In this document: positions 11,036-21,900 of the stretch, one piece after another
Position numbering within the stretch: the stretch's first letter is position 1
How the letters are laid out: each line of letters opens with the position of its first letter
Assembly: GCF_000143415.4 (NCBI RefSeq)
Contig: NW_003314300.1
Span: 718,825 to 782,824, forward strand
DNA: 64,000 bases
From: Selaginella moellendorffii
Lineage: Eukaryota; Plantae; Lycopodiophyta
Direction: 5' to 3'
The notes under the pieces: generated by a model
The model's database searches: none
What the model was told of the DNA's origin: nothing
What the model saw: the letters and a program-made list of their open reading frames with translations, nothing else
Translations under genes and position numbers: made by a program

Positions 11036-14000
11036 ATGTCTACTGTACACCTGTTTTTGCTGCTGCTGCTACTTCTTGTGCGGAGCCCGATTCCCCTCCA
11101 GGCAGAGCACAACATCTTCGACAGAGGAGCAGGGACTTCTTTCTCTTCTGCAACCGTGAACAGGGGAAACAAACAGGTCCAGATGCAAGTGTGCATCACA
11201 ATTGGATGCTGCCATCACGTGTGCAGACAATTCTCAGGAGAGAGTAGTAGCACCACTTCAGTAGAGCAGCAGCAGGAACCTCCAGAGCTGGCATCATTTC
11301 TTCAGTATGCCTCACCGCCGCAGCAGGAAGACGAAGTGTGTCAAGTTTTAGCCCTGGAGGAGCAGCGGAATGACAACGCCGCAGTCGTTCCCAGAAGTCT
11401 GGAGTTTAATCAGCAGGCCCTCTTCTCTCCGTCGATAAAGTTTCTGACTATACTGAACACTGACAACAGCTCCTGGATCAAAATTCTTCAGGCTACCAGC
11501 ACAGACAAGCAGTTTTTTATCCAAGCTCTTGACGAGAAAAGCGTCGTAGCTCCCGGCGAGAGTCTGACAGTGGCAGTTGTGTTCTTGCCCCGGAAGACTG
11601 GAATAGCCAGCGGGAAGATCCTCTTCCAGACCAGTGCTGGAGGCCTCGAAACTCTGGTGATTGGCGAAGCTGTCGGAAATTCTCATCAGGCTACGAGCTT
11701 GGAAGATATTGAAGCAGTCCAAGGCAAGCTCATCCAGAGAACATTAAGTTTCTACAACCCGGACGAAGAGGCCGTCGAAATTACGGAACTGCATGTCTGG
11801 CCTGGAGATTCTCACAAGAAAGCCCTCTGCTCGCCGGCAACTGATGAGTCGTCACCAACGGATAAAGTCTCCAGCTGCTTCGCAAATGGTTTCCCCTCGG
11901 CAATTCTCTCGAAAACAAAGGACGAAAAGTATGCTTCGCAAGGAATGCTAGTTTCACTAGAGAGGCTGGACGATCCGTGGATAATTCAGTCACGACAAGC
12001 TGCCGACATTGCTCGCCTCGATATGACCGTAAGCCGAGCTGGTGCCTGGGATGGGCACGTCTACATAAGATTCTCGCAAAGTGGCGGAGGAAAAGTTATG
12101 ATTTTTCCATTGGGATTGCAAGTGTGCCCGGAAGACGGAACCTGCGAAAAAGAATCGTCAGTAGCTGCAACAAAAGTGACCAAAACCGCAAAGCAGGACA
12201 ATGAAGCAGCGGCTTCCGGAAGCTGGGTACAAACCAACGATTTGATGGCACTCAGAATGGCGGAGGCACTCCTCAAGGTACGCCCCACGTAACTTTGAAG
12301 CTAGCAGCTTAAAACTCAAAGAAGCCAGCGGCCAACTTTGTGCAGGATTTGGCACATACGTTGTTGAGACAGCGAGATATCCGAAAAGGCGGGTTGGCTG
12401 CAAATCAAAACGAGCCAACATTAATTCCAGGACAGGTGCTGTCATTCGAAATGGTGCAAATAGGAGTCAAGGAAAAGATGTGGATCAACATAGTCAATCC
12501 GACGCAAGAGCCCATACTCATCAATCTCATACTTAACACGGAGGCCAAGTCTCGCAACTGTAAGTATAGAGCAAACTGGTTTTGGCAAGGCCACAAGCCA
12601 CAGGTGCACAGAGATAGCTCGGTTTTTGCTTTCGACGCAGGCGCTGTGACGGAAGCAATCGTTCAAGGGGGTGGGAAGCTGCAACTCGGTCCAGTGTCCT
12701 TTCGGACGAGGCAGAAATGCGACTGGACTGGACTCCTCTTCGTCAAGAACAACTTCACAGGTTTAGAGTGGATTCCCATCCGCGGGAAAGGAAGCTCCGC
12801 AGGACTAGTTTTTCTGGACGGAGGGTCTGCCGTCAAGAAGCTGATCATGGCGGTGGAAGTCAGCGCAGGGACTAACTCAACCAGTCTTTCCGACGGACAG
12901 ATTTGCAACGCTAGAGTTCACAAGAATTTCCAGGTGAAAAACACTGGGAGCGTAGTGCTGGAGGTCCGGAGAATAGACCTGGCAGAAGCACCGAGCATCA
13001 CTCTTGGGCGCCAAAGTGGTTTCAGCCTAGCAGCAGGGGAAACGATGGACATGATGGTCTCTTACAAGCACGACTACCAACAAGCAGGGGCAAACAAGCA
13101 GGTTCTTAAAATGGTGACGAGCATTGGAACGATTAAAGCGCCGGTGGTGGCAACGATACGTCGAGAGCTGGTTTCCTTGTGCGGCCCGGACCCAACTTTC
13201 CAGGAGAAGGTCGCTTTGCCAGTTAGCGTCTGCGCTCTGGTCCTAGTTCTCGGGGTCTTCTCCTGGCTACTAGTCCAGGAACTTCCTCAGCAAACGACGC
13301 GAAGTAGTCCGGGAGCCAAGCACAAGCAGGCCTGGAAACACGTCGCCCGCATTCGGAATCTTTGGAAAGCAAGAGCAGCGGTAAAAGTCGTGGCTAAAAA
13401 CGTAGGCGACGACAAAAGCAGGGAGAGGCAGGACCACGGCGTGCTGAGACCCCTCGGCACACGCATGCAGGAGGACGACAAGCTCCACGTCAAGAGAAAG
13501 CGAAAACCGAAGAGCACGTCTTCGCCACACAGTAGCTCGTCGTCCCCCGGGCCGGACAGCCCCCACTCGAGCTCCGAGTCGGAGCTAAGAGTCCCGGCCA
13601 TCGAAAGGATCCTCATCTCGTCCAGGTTTTCCGAGCCTGCAATTCCCCCGAGGAAAGCCAAGCCGCGGGTCACTCTTTCGAGCAAGGTGGCGGACAAGGA
13701 ACTCTCGAGTAAGAAACCCACGGCGGTGGACAAGGAACCGGACTTCCACGCTGCATGGGAAGGAAAGAAGCTCGCAGTGAGAATCCCGTCCAAGGAGGAG
13801 GAGCCAGTCGATCCACCCGGCCGCAAGACCGAGAGAGAGGAGCTTCGCGCGGCATGGGAAGAGAGGAAGCTGGCAGTGAGGATCCCGTCCAACGAGCCAC
13901 TGGAATCGCCCGGCCGCGCGACTGCCAAGACGAGAAGATCCCCCGCCGCTAAGAACAAGGATTGCAGCAGCCCCAGGGAGGAGAAGACCATCACCATTTC

Positions 14001-14748
14001 CAAATGCGAGAGCTTGCCACCAGCGATGCCGGACGAGAGCACCGTACGCTTGGGAACTCCTCCAGCCCGGACTCCTGGAGTCCTTGGCCAGCAGCTCCGA
14101 GAAGCTTGGAGAAACGATCAGCAGCTCCGAGAAGCTTGGAGAGACGATCAAGCCACGGCTGCTATGTCCGTCGCCAGCCCCGCCAGCTCCACCACCATCC
14201 CCGGGAGCTCCTCCAAGCAGCTCTCCTCGATCGGGCAGCTGAGAAAGGCGGCGATCGAGCGGACCACCGAGAAGCTCCAGCGGCGCGAGGCCTCACAGCA
14301 CACAGATAGCCTGTACGACATATGGGGGGACCACTTTGGAGAGATCTCCAGCACGCTGTCCACGCCCATGGGCAGCCCCGGCCACTACACGCCTCACGCC
14401 ACGGACCAGTCACTCTTCTCGCGCACTCTTCCAGCCATCTCCAGCGCCGCCGCCAGCCACTATGGGTTCCAGGAGGAGAAGCTCGCTTGGTCCGCCGCCA
14501 CCGCCACCACCGCCACCACGGCCACCACCGCCACCACCGCCACCACCGCCACCATCGCCACCTCCACCACCACCACCGACAGCGGCGACGAGAAAGACGA
14601 TTCTCTGAGCTCGGAAGAACTGGCCAATGCTTGGAATTTGCTTGGCTTCTCTCCGGCCGTGGACGCGTACGCCGAGCCACCACCACCGCCGCCACCGATC
14701 TTCCTCGAGTGGAACGCGGAGTCGATATACACCACCATTGTCTCGTAG
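11036..14748 (+). CDS. TMEM131-like (DUF3651) single-pass membrane protein
   Basis: Exon 11036-12277 and exon 12346-14748 join in frame across a GT-AG intron. Signal peptide MSTVHLFLLLLLLLV, Ig-like segments (VVFLPRKTG...FQTSAGG; NPTQEPILINLIL; VKNNFTGLEWIPIRGKG), TM helix ALPVSVCALVLVLGVFSWLLV and a low-complexity cytosolic tail. Confidence 0.85.
14497..14577 (+). repeat. Coding (GCCACCACC)n repeat encoding (ATT)n
   Basis: Tandem 9-mers inside the TMEM131-like ORF. The same tail has a 30-bp tandem (QQLREAWRND/QQLREAWRDD, ~14090-14150) and a duplicated AAWE.KLAVRIPS segment. Confidence 0.85.
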
Positions 14749-15160
14749 CTACAAAGCTGGCTCCTCGAGGGGTCATATAGATCACTCCAATGTAATGCAA
14801 AGACAAAATAGTCGATCGATGATTTCAAAGAGCTAGACCTCTGGTGGATGGACGAGCTTGGCAGATCTTTCCTCTGAAAGAAAAGAAGCTCGCAATCATT
14901 GGCAAGAATGCCTAGAAGAGGTTATCTTCCAAAAGTTTGTTTGGACGAATCTACAAGAACACGCTCGTCATACAAACAAAACAAAACAAAACGAGAGAAA
15001 GAAAGACAAACACTTACATGTATTCCACGATCGTAGTTTCGCGCCATCCAAGCTCGAACTCTGGAAAAGGAACTTAGAAGAAGTTTTCGCGCTCTCCAAA
15101 CTTCCAGAGCTTCCATCCCCGGCCGTGCTCGATCGAGTGAATGATCACACACTGCCAGTG

Positions 15161-16708
15161 TCAAGCGATGGAGTGGCGAAAGCTCCTGTGCGCCAAGTCG
15201 TCCGCGCAGTCGGGCCCCTGGTCCACGTACCACTTCTCCGCGTCTGGATAGAAGCCATCCACGGGCATCCCCGCGAGCGAGCTATCATCCGCCTCGCTCA
15301 GCGCTCCACACTCCTTGGGCCTCTGCTCGTAAGCCGGCGGCGAGGGAGCTTTCGTCGGGCTCTTGTTGTGGACGATCTTCTTCGCAGCCTTTCTTCGTTT
15401 CTGGAGCGAATCCATCACGTCGCTTGCAAACTCTGGCTTATCCTTCCCCAGGCTTTCCTGCCATGCGTCAAACACAGGCACGATCGCAAGCCTGTCGTCC
15501 CCCCTGTCCGAGCTCATCGAAGCCTTGAGCTTGAGGCTCACGCTCTGGAGCTCCTGCCCGATGCTACCGAGCGACTCGAAAGGTATCCGCGTGATCCTTC
15601 CCTCGAGAGAAGCCAGCTCCGCTCGCAGCTCACGAACTTTCCTTAGAGCCGACGCATGCGCTTCCTCCGTCACCTTCTCCAGCAGCAACCCCGACACCTC
15701 CGTCATGTTGGTCGAATCGATCAGCTGGTTTATCACCATCCCGGTGGACTCCTGCGGGCCGGGATCATGCCCCGAGTGGACAGGATACAGCTTGAACGTC
15801 GCGGACCCTTCCTCCTGGTACGTGAAACTCTTGTCCTTGTAGCTGTAGTTCGTGATGGGAACGATCGCCCGGATGCGAAAGCCGCAGCCGCAGCGATTGG
15901 AGATGAACTTGTTGTTGGTCTTCTTCTTCCCGGTCTTCTTCACGTTTGGCTCGCCGGCGCGGTGGCAGCAGTAGTCCTTCACCTCGGCTAGAAACGGCTT
16001 GTAGCGGATGTACTTCTGGCGGATGCAAAGTATCACCTTGTACTTGGCGGCGAGCTGCTGGAGCCGGTGCGGCACGTCCTTGGCGAGGAGCTCCATCGTC
16101 TCGGTGTACTCGAACCTCCTCCTCTTGTGGAGGCCATTGTGATCGCCCTCCGAGTTGCAAACCGGGCAGGCCGAGACGCAAACTCTCACGTACGACTCTG
16201 GAATGCCGTAGAACTTGGCACCCACCGTCCACACCTGCTTGATCCGGTCGATGGTGTCTTTCAATCCCAGGTGCTTGAGATCCGCGTCGGCGTGGAAGCC
16301 CTGGACGATCTCCTGCCACTGGTCGATGTAGGGGACGAACTGCTGAGGATTGCTCTTGAAGTAGAGGAGCTCGTTGCCGTGCTCGTCCACCTGCGCGTGG
16401 AGCTTGTCCTGGATCCTCTTCCACCCGGTTTGATATGCCGTGTCCTCGTGCCGGTCCTTCCACACCGCTCGCCAGGAGGAGAGAATGGAGGTCGGGGTGG
16501 CGAGCTTGATCTCCTCCGGGTGGGCGTAGCGCTTGGCGAGCACGCACTGGACCATGAGTTGGTGTGACGCGCGATTGAATGTGTAGAACTGCGTGGAGAC
16601 GAATGGCTCCGGGTCGACGACTATGGCGGACATGATCTGACCTTCGTCGCCCTCGAACTCCGGCTCCGAGAAGAGCTCTTGCTGCGTGTCCGGCGCCATG
16701 GACGCCAT
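15161..16708 (-). CDS. Intronless 515-aa uncharacterised protein with an integrase-like H2C2 zinc motif and a FAR1/WRKY-GCM1-like module
   Basis: Long uninterrupted ORF with strong GC3 bias; first ATG at 16708. Motifs FHADADLKHLG...CVSACPVC and YCCHRAG...RCGCGFRI...HSGH, basic stretches KRRRF and KKTGKKK, and a C-terminal coiled-coil-like segment. Confidence 0.85.
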   Translation of the reverse strand: MASMAPDTQQELFSEPEFEGDEGQIMSAIVVDPEPFVSTQFYTFNRASHQLMVQCVLAKRYAHPEEIKLATPTSILSSWRAVWKDRHEDTAYQTGWKRIQDKLHAQVDEHGNELLYFKSNPQQFVPYIDQWQEIVQGFHADADLKHLGLKDTIDRIKQVWTVGAKFYGIPESYVRVCVSACPVCNSEGDHNGLHKRRRFEYTETMELLAKDVPHRLQQLAAKYKVILCIRQKYIRYKPFLAEVKDYCCHRAGEPNVKKTGKKKTNNKFISNRCGCGFRIRAIVPITNYSYKDKSFTYQEEGSATFKLYPVHSGHDPGPQESTGMVINQLIDSTNMTEVSGLLLEKVTEEAHASALRKVRELRAELASLEGRITRIPFESLGSIGQELQSVSLKLKASMSSDRGDDRLAIVPVFDAWQESLGKDKPEFASDVMDSLQKRRKAAKKIVHNKSPTKAPSPPAYEQRPKECGALSEADDSSLAGMPVDGFYPDAEKWYVDQGPDCADDLAHRSFRHSIA

Positions 16709-16806
16709 CGCCACGGACCTAATTTCGATAGAACCCTAAACTCTCCTCCCTGAGATTTCCCAGAGCCTTAGATCATCGCAATCGCGCCTGCCAGGCACCT
16801 GGATCC

Positions 16807-18378
16807 TTAGATTATCGCAATCGCGCCTGCCAGACACCGCCAATCCAGTGGATCCGGCACAAACGGCATGCTCTCCAGCAGATCCCTCGCGCTCGCGACG
16901 TATTTCGCGCGGCCCAGCGCATCGATCACGCAGCAGTGGTGCTGCCTCGTCGGCTGGAGCGCGTAATCCACGCTCATCGACCGGAAGCACGCCCTGGCGC
17001 GACTGAAATCTCCAACCCGGCTGCACGCCGCGAGGACGCAGCTGAAGGAAGTGTCGCTGGGATCGATAGCCATCGCTGGGAGCGCGAAGAAGAGATCGAT
17101 CGCGTCGAGAGATCCCCCGCCGTGGAGGAGCGCCGCCAGCATTGCGTTCCAGGAATCCACATTGTGGCCAGGCATCCGCAAGAACAGGGTTTTCGCCTCT
17201 CGAATATGCCCGTTCCGAGAATATGCCGTCAGCATAGCTATCCAGGAGACGAGATTCCTTTCCTCCATTCTATCAAACGCGAGCTTAGCGTCGGCAAGAT
17301 GCCCTTCCTGGGAAAATGCGTGAATCGCTGTCGTCCACGTGTAAACATCTCTTTCCTTCATTTTTTTAAAGGTATCTCTTGCACAATCGGAGTGATGGTT
17401 ATTGGTATATGCCGCGAGTAGCGCGTTTTGGGCGATGAGATTCCCATCGCTCAGGCAAAGAGCATCTTCTAGATGCCCATTTGAGGCATATGCTGCAAGC
17501 ATAGCATTTCTAGATATGGCATTTTCCTCCAGGCAAGAGTCGAATATTCGTTTGGCTTGCTCTACGCGCCCAGCTAAGCTGTAAGCGTTGAGCATTGCAG
17601 TGTGTGCCACAACGTTTCTCTCCAGCATGGAAGAGAATATGCTTTCGGCATCCTCGAGATGCCCTTCCCGGGCATACGCGACTATCGCGGCCGTTGATGA
17701 GAAGATGTTTTGCTCTGGCATTTTGGAAATTAGGGTTCTTGCGTCGCGCAGGTGCCCGGCGGTAGCCAGGGCTTCCAGGAGGATCGTGAAGGAGACGATG
17801 TCACGCCGCGGCATGGATCTAAACAGGTACTCGGCCTCGTCGACGCAGCCGGATCGAGCAGCCGCCGCGAGCATCGCATTCCAGGAGACGACATTTCGCT
17901 CCGGCATGGATTCAAAGGCGCGCCGCGATTTCTCCAGGATCCCCGGATGATCGCCGCAAATGATCATCGCGGTCCAGCACACGATGTCGCGCTCGGGCAG
18001 GGAATCAAAGAGCTCCCAGGCGGCGGCGGCGTGGCCGGACTGGGCGAATTCTCGCAGCATCGCGGTGCTGGACACGAGGCAGTGCTCGGGCATGGAATCG
18101 AAGACGCGCTTGGCATCGGCGGCGCCCTGGGCTCGCGCCAGGCAGCACAGCAGCGTCGACCAGGAGATCAGATTCCTCTCGCGCATCGCCTGGAAGAGAT
18201 CCTGGGCGTCGCGCAGATGCCCGTGCTCGGCAAATGCGGCAAGCATCGCGTTCCACGACACAAGATCGTGCTCGGGCATTCGATCGAAGAGATCCTTTGC
18301 GCGATCCAAGTGGCCAGCGCGGGAGAGGGCAGTGATCATCGCGGTCTGAGACCTGAGGGATGAAAGGCTTGGCTCCAT
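16807..18378 (-). CDS. PLS-class pentatricopeptide repeat protein (short-motif rich, partial E domain)
   Basis: Repeated ~31-aa units (VSWNAMLAAFAEHGHLRDAQDLFQAMRERN) and an E1-like HHCCVIDALGRAKYVASARDLLESMPFVPD. Likely start MEPSLSS at 18378. Confidence 0.9.
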   Translation of the reverse strand: MEPSLSSLRSQTAMITALSRAGHLDRAKDLFDRMPEHDLVSWNAMLAAFAEHGHLRDAQDLFQAMRERNLISWSTLLCCLARAQGAADAKRVFDSMPEHCLVSSTAMLREFAQSGHAAAAWELFDSLPERDIVCWTAMIICGDHPGILEKSRRAFESMPERNVVSWNAMLAAAARSGCVDEAEYLFRSMPRRDIVSFTILLEALATAGHLRDARTLISKMPEQNIFSSTAAIVAYAREGHLEDAESIFSSMLERNVVAHTAMLNAYSLAGRVEQAKRIFDSCLEENAISRNAMLAAYASNGHLEDALCLSDGNLIAQNALLAAYTNNHHSDCARDTFKKMKERDVYTWTTAIHAFSQEGHLADAKLAFDRMEERNLVSWIAMLTAYSRNGHIREAKTLFLRMPGHNVDSWNAMLAALLHGGGSLDAIDLFFALPAMAIDPSDTSFSCVLAACSRVGDFSRARACFRSMSVDYALQPTRQHHCCVIDALGRAKYVASARDLLESMPFVPDPLDWRCLAGAIAII

Positions 18379-18409
18379 TCTTCGTCGCTGACGCAGTTTA
18401 CCGAGACGA

Positions 18410-18860
18410 GAACTTAAGTGATCTATATATTGTTTAACCGGAACCCAACTAGAAGATATTAGATATGGGATGCTACTACCATATGGAATGGTGGATGCAG
18501 ACTTAAGAGGAAATTTAGATGATAGGTGATCTACAACTGGGTAGATTTTTCTTAAGTTTTCTAATTGTGTTGTTCCTGGCACAGTCAGAAACAATGCAGA
18601 GTGGCATTCTCAATATGTGAAGCTGAGTGACAGAAGCTATCAAAGGACTCTAGATTTAGAGACATCAGTCTTGAAATTCAAGCACCAACAAACATCTATA
18701 ATGGTAATATGGCATGCTTGTAGTCCATTCTAAATCCAATACATTATGGGAGGAACAAAAGTGATTATTTGATTCAATCTCCAAGATCAGATGAGGGAAG
18801 TGTTGGCAGAATCACCATAGGCATAAATGGAGGAATATAGTCTTAGGGTTTCAATAACCA
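18410..18860 (+). mobile_element. Degenerate Ty1/copia RT-RNase H remnant
   Basis: Translation gives YGMVDADLRGNLDDR*STTG*IF, then SWHSQKQCRVAFSICEAE* and PTNIYNGNMAC...NPIHYGRNK. These match the copia consensus DADWAG..DRRSTTGY, SWxSKKQ..VALSTxEAEY and NPVxHxRTK. Confidence 0.85.
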
Positions 18861-18944
18861 AGTGTGCAAAGTGTTTTTCGTATATGCGTGTTCATTCTAC
18901 ACTCCAACGCTCGGAAGGTGATCAAACCACTGACAGCAGAAGTG

Positions 18945-19220
18945 TAGGTTTTCCGAGATGACGTTAGCAAGAATGACTTCATCAACCTGTACACTAAGCT
19001 TAGCAACTTCAACCAAGCCGACCAAGTGTTCTAGGATAGTGGTTTCCTGGAACTCAATTATGCTCTGCTCGAGTGCTGTTCCTTGAGATGCAGCTACAAG
19101 GAATTGCCCTGGACAGCATTGCTTTGGTGAGCATCCCCTTGACGTGCAGCCCAGGCAGGGGGCGAGTGCTCTCTTCTACTTCTCATCAATGGTGGTCGAC
19201 TATGGAGTTCCAGTGGGACT
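18945..19220 (+). pseudogene. Inverted, deleted copy of the 3' end of the PPR gene at 25554-29066
   Basis: Nucleotide similarity to the reverse complement of ~25825-26145 (VFRDDV..FINLY.K..N.NQADQVF; LFLEMQLQGIA; FYFSSM..DYGVP), with stops and deletions. Confidence 0.85.
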
Positions 19221-19319
19221 TACATTTGGCAACCCCTTCATCTTCTCATCTTCTCTGGAGATCGTTGCTAGTGCAGTTTTAATTTTGTAGTGCCTTTCTT
19301 TGTTTTAAGATTTGTCTGA

Positions 19320-20100
19320 GGGTGCCTAGCCCAGCACCTGATAAGCGGATGCTGACGTGTCTTCTAAGCGAAATCCAATGTCTGAAACTTAGGAGGATTT
19401 TGTTCTTCGACTCTAAATGCGACGATAGACAACGAGTTGGATCGAGAGAAACAACGCCACGCAGTGGAAAACTCAAGTTGAAGTTCGAGACGATGACCAA
19501 GAAGCTGGGTGTCTTACCGGATAGAGTGCGTGTGGGAAGAGACGAGTGTCTGAGCTCGTTTGCGTTGCAATACGATTTAGTGCTGGGAGTGCTAAGGACG
19601 ATGCTGGAGCTGGAATATCACCCACCTGTTAAAGTCTGGAGCGCAGTGTGTTGGTGACGCTCAGCTCGCTAGGTTTGCCAGTGCGTTGCGGAGAGAGGAA
19701 TGATCTGCAGAGAAAGATGGAAAGCGTGTTGACGAGAAGCTTACCAATGACTGCTGTCGATGAGACAAAGCTCACGAAACATAGCGACTACTGGTTCCGG
19801 CTGCACTGAAAGGAAAGAGGCTGCTTCAACAGTAGGAGAAAAACTTGCCTCAAGGAAAGAAAAACTTGAAACTCTCCCTGTTGTGACTGCTGAAAGAGAA
19901 GACTCGACCAGAGAAAACAGAAAACCTCACAAACATAGAACAACCACTTCAACGCTTGCGCAACTTGGAGCGAGCAGAGCAACTCTGGGAGCTCATGTCA
20001 GCAGAGGCAGGAGTGGAGCTCGCTGTTGTCTCGTATAACACCTTGATCAATGGATATCTCGAGGCCGGGGACAACGAGCAAGCGCTGATCGTCTTTTTAC
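19320..20100 (+). pseudogene. Fragments of an HCF152-like P-class PPR gene
   Basis: Broken frames with LGVLRTMLELEYHPPVKVWSAV and LERAEQLWELMSAEAGVELAVVSYNTLINGYLEAGDNEQAL resemble HCF152 segments as I remember them. Confidence 0.6.
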
Positions 20101-20334
20101 AACACGCTTGTCAAGGTTTCTCTACAAATCCCTTTCGAGTGAGAAAATCACAAGCTTACTTGGAAATCCTTGGAGATGAGGACGGGCAACGAAAGAAAAT
20201 TAGAAATCTAGCTTGGAAAAGTTCACAGCTTGGAAAATCTCACCTGGAGGATTTATCAGCTACGAGACGATGGAAAATCTCACCTGGATGATGAGACGAT
20301 GTAGCTCCGATCCTTGAGTGCTACATTGTCCCTG

Positions 20335-20890
20335 GTAGATCTTGGAGCGTCATCAAGGATTTGCTAACGTGCGTTCCTTTTTCGAGACGAACACCAGCAG
20401 CTCCGTAATACCCTCCGAGCCTGCAAGATCTACCGTAGTCTTTGAAAAACAAACAGGTTACCAAAAATCGATTTTTAAGAAGGTAATGCAATCGTCTCGA
20501 CCGTCGTTTCTTTTGTCCCTGCTTTCAATTACCTGTTACAAATATTACCTGACTGCTCACAATCTCTTCTCTTTTCAGTGAAGTCTAGATCAAACATCAC
20601 GGAATTTTCATGTATCCGAAGCTTCAGGAGCAAGCAAGTCGTTGATTTGTTTCCCATGTATAAATTCGTAAATTCCCATGTATAAAAACTCCCTGTCGAG
20701 TATCTGTATAGGTTTTGCCACTGCCATAAGCAAAAAAAAAAATTGTTCCCCACACAACTTGAAAAACGAAAGAGACCATTGGATCCTTGGAGCCCAGATG
20801 AAACGAGATCCTTGGCATGGATCTACCGAACATGTAGGATTGACCCAGCACAGGAGCGCCGAGCGCATGCGGTCGTTCTAGCGCCAAGCT
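20335..20890 (-). pseudogene. Kinesin motor-domain (kinesin-7/CENP-E-like) pseudogene fragment
   Basis: Frameshifted motifs GTIF..AYG.SGKTYT (P-loop), DREFL..YM.IY..INDLLAPE..LRIHEN, VDLAGSE and GAAGVRLEKGTHVSKSLMTL. Confidence 0.8.
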
Positions 20891-21114
20891 TCCATTGGCT
20901 GCCTCTCATGCCTGTGCGGCGGCGCTCACCCGGATCGACCGAAATCATCTGGCCTTTGCTGTGGATCGATAGAAAACCCGCTCTTCCTCTAGGCGCGCGT
21001 TTTATGAATTGCGGAGAACAGAAAAGATTCGCCTGTCGAGTAAAAGGTGATTTTCTTCATGGTAAAATGTAAGTTCTTCAAAGATAGAAGTTTCGTCAGC
21101 TTGTCACGTCAAGA

Positions 21115-21187
21115 GCCGGCCTAGCTCAGCTGGTAGAGCGCAAGGCTCTTAACCTTGTGGTCGTGGGTTCGAGCCCCACGGCCGGCG
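21115..21187 (+). tRNA. tRNA-Lys, anticodon CTT
   Basis: 73-nt cloverleaf: acceptor stem GCCGGCC/GGCCGGC, D arm GCTC/GAGC, anticodon arm CAAGG-CTCTTAA-CCTTG, T arm GTGGG-TTCGAGC-CCCAC. A T-run follows downstream. Confidence 0.97.
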
Positions 21188-21489
21188 AAACAAAGCTATG
21201 CGTTGGTTTTGTTTTGCTCGTTTTTTGAAAATCTTTCATGATCGACATCTTTCGTTTTTGCTTCGAAAGTTTCTTGAGCTATGGGATCTTCCGTAAGAAG
21301 ATGGGAACCTCATGGAGGAGGGGCAGATATGCAGCACAGCAATTCGTCTACGCAGGTTGTATGGAAACCCAGAGGCCGAGGTAGAGACACTCGGCTCCTG
21401 GAGGCCGAGAAATTGCTTGAGGTGAGGCAGATATGCGTGATCATCTGCAAGCAAACCCACACCCCAGACAACTGGGAACTCAAGAACGT

Positions 21490-21900
21490 GACAGCCCGGG
21501 CATTTGGAAAGTTGGGTGGCGTGGAGGAAGCCTGCCGCCAAGTCTTTGACGGAACGAGGCATTCCGGGCAATCTTGAAGGCCTATATGAACAACGGGCAT
21601 TTGGAGGAGGCCAGGGGCGTTTATTCTTCTCGCCCTCGAGCAAAGTCGTCGTGGTGGCAGCCTACACTCGCTACGGCAAGGTGGCGGAAGTGAGCGAGAT
21701 CTACAAAGAAGGCCCTGGGGTGGAGATTGCTGCTGATTACGTAGGCGAGAAACGGGCTGGTCGACGAGATGTTCCAGGTCGTGGATTCCACGCTCGCGCG
21801 GCAGCAAAGGAGCTGTTCGATTCCATGGGCGCCAGGATTCCGGGAGCTGGAACTCGCTCGCGCGGGCATATGCGGCGTCGCCCAGCCATTCGTGTAGTAG
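21490..21900 (+). pseudogene. Degenerate PLS-PPR fragments
   Basis: Broken frames with AFGKLGGVEEACRQVFD, GHLEEARGVYS, VAAYTRYGKVAE and AAKELFDSM. Confidence 0.55.

Noticed and set aside
14858-16567. Numerous long antisense or alternative-frame ORFs over GC-rich genes (also 13287-14806, 17752-18363, 29438-30316)
   Set aside because: These are shadow ORFs caused by high GC3 in the real genes, with no recognisable motifs.
18379-18594. N-terminal extension of the 595-aa PPR ORF
   Set aside because: It has a non-ATG start and is the antisense of the copia RNase H remnant.
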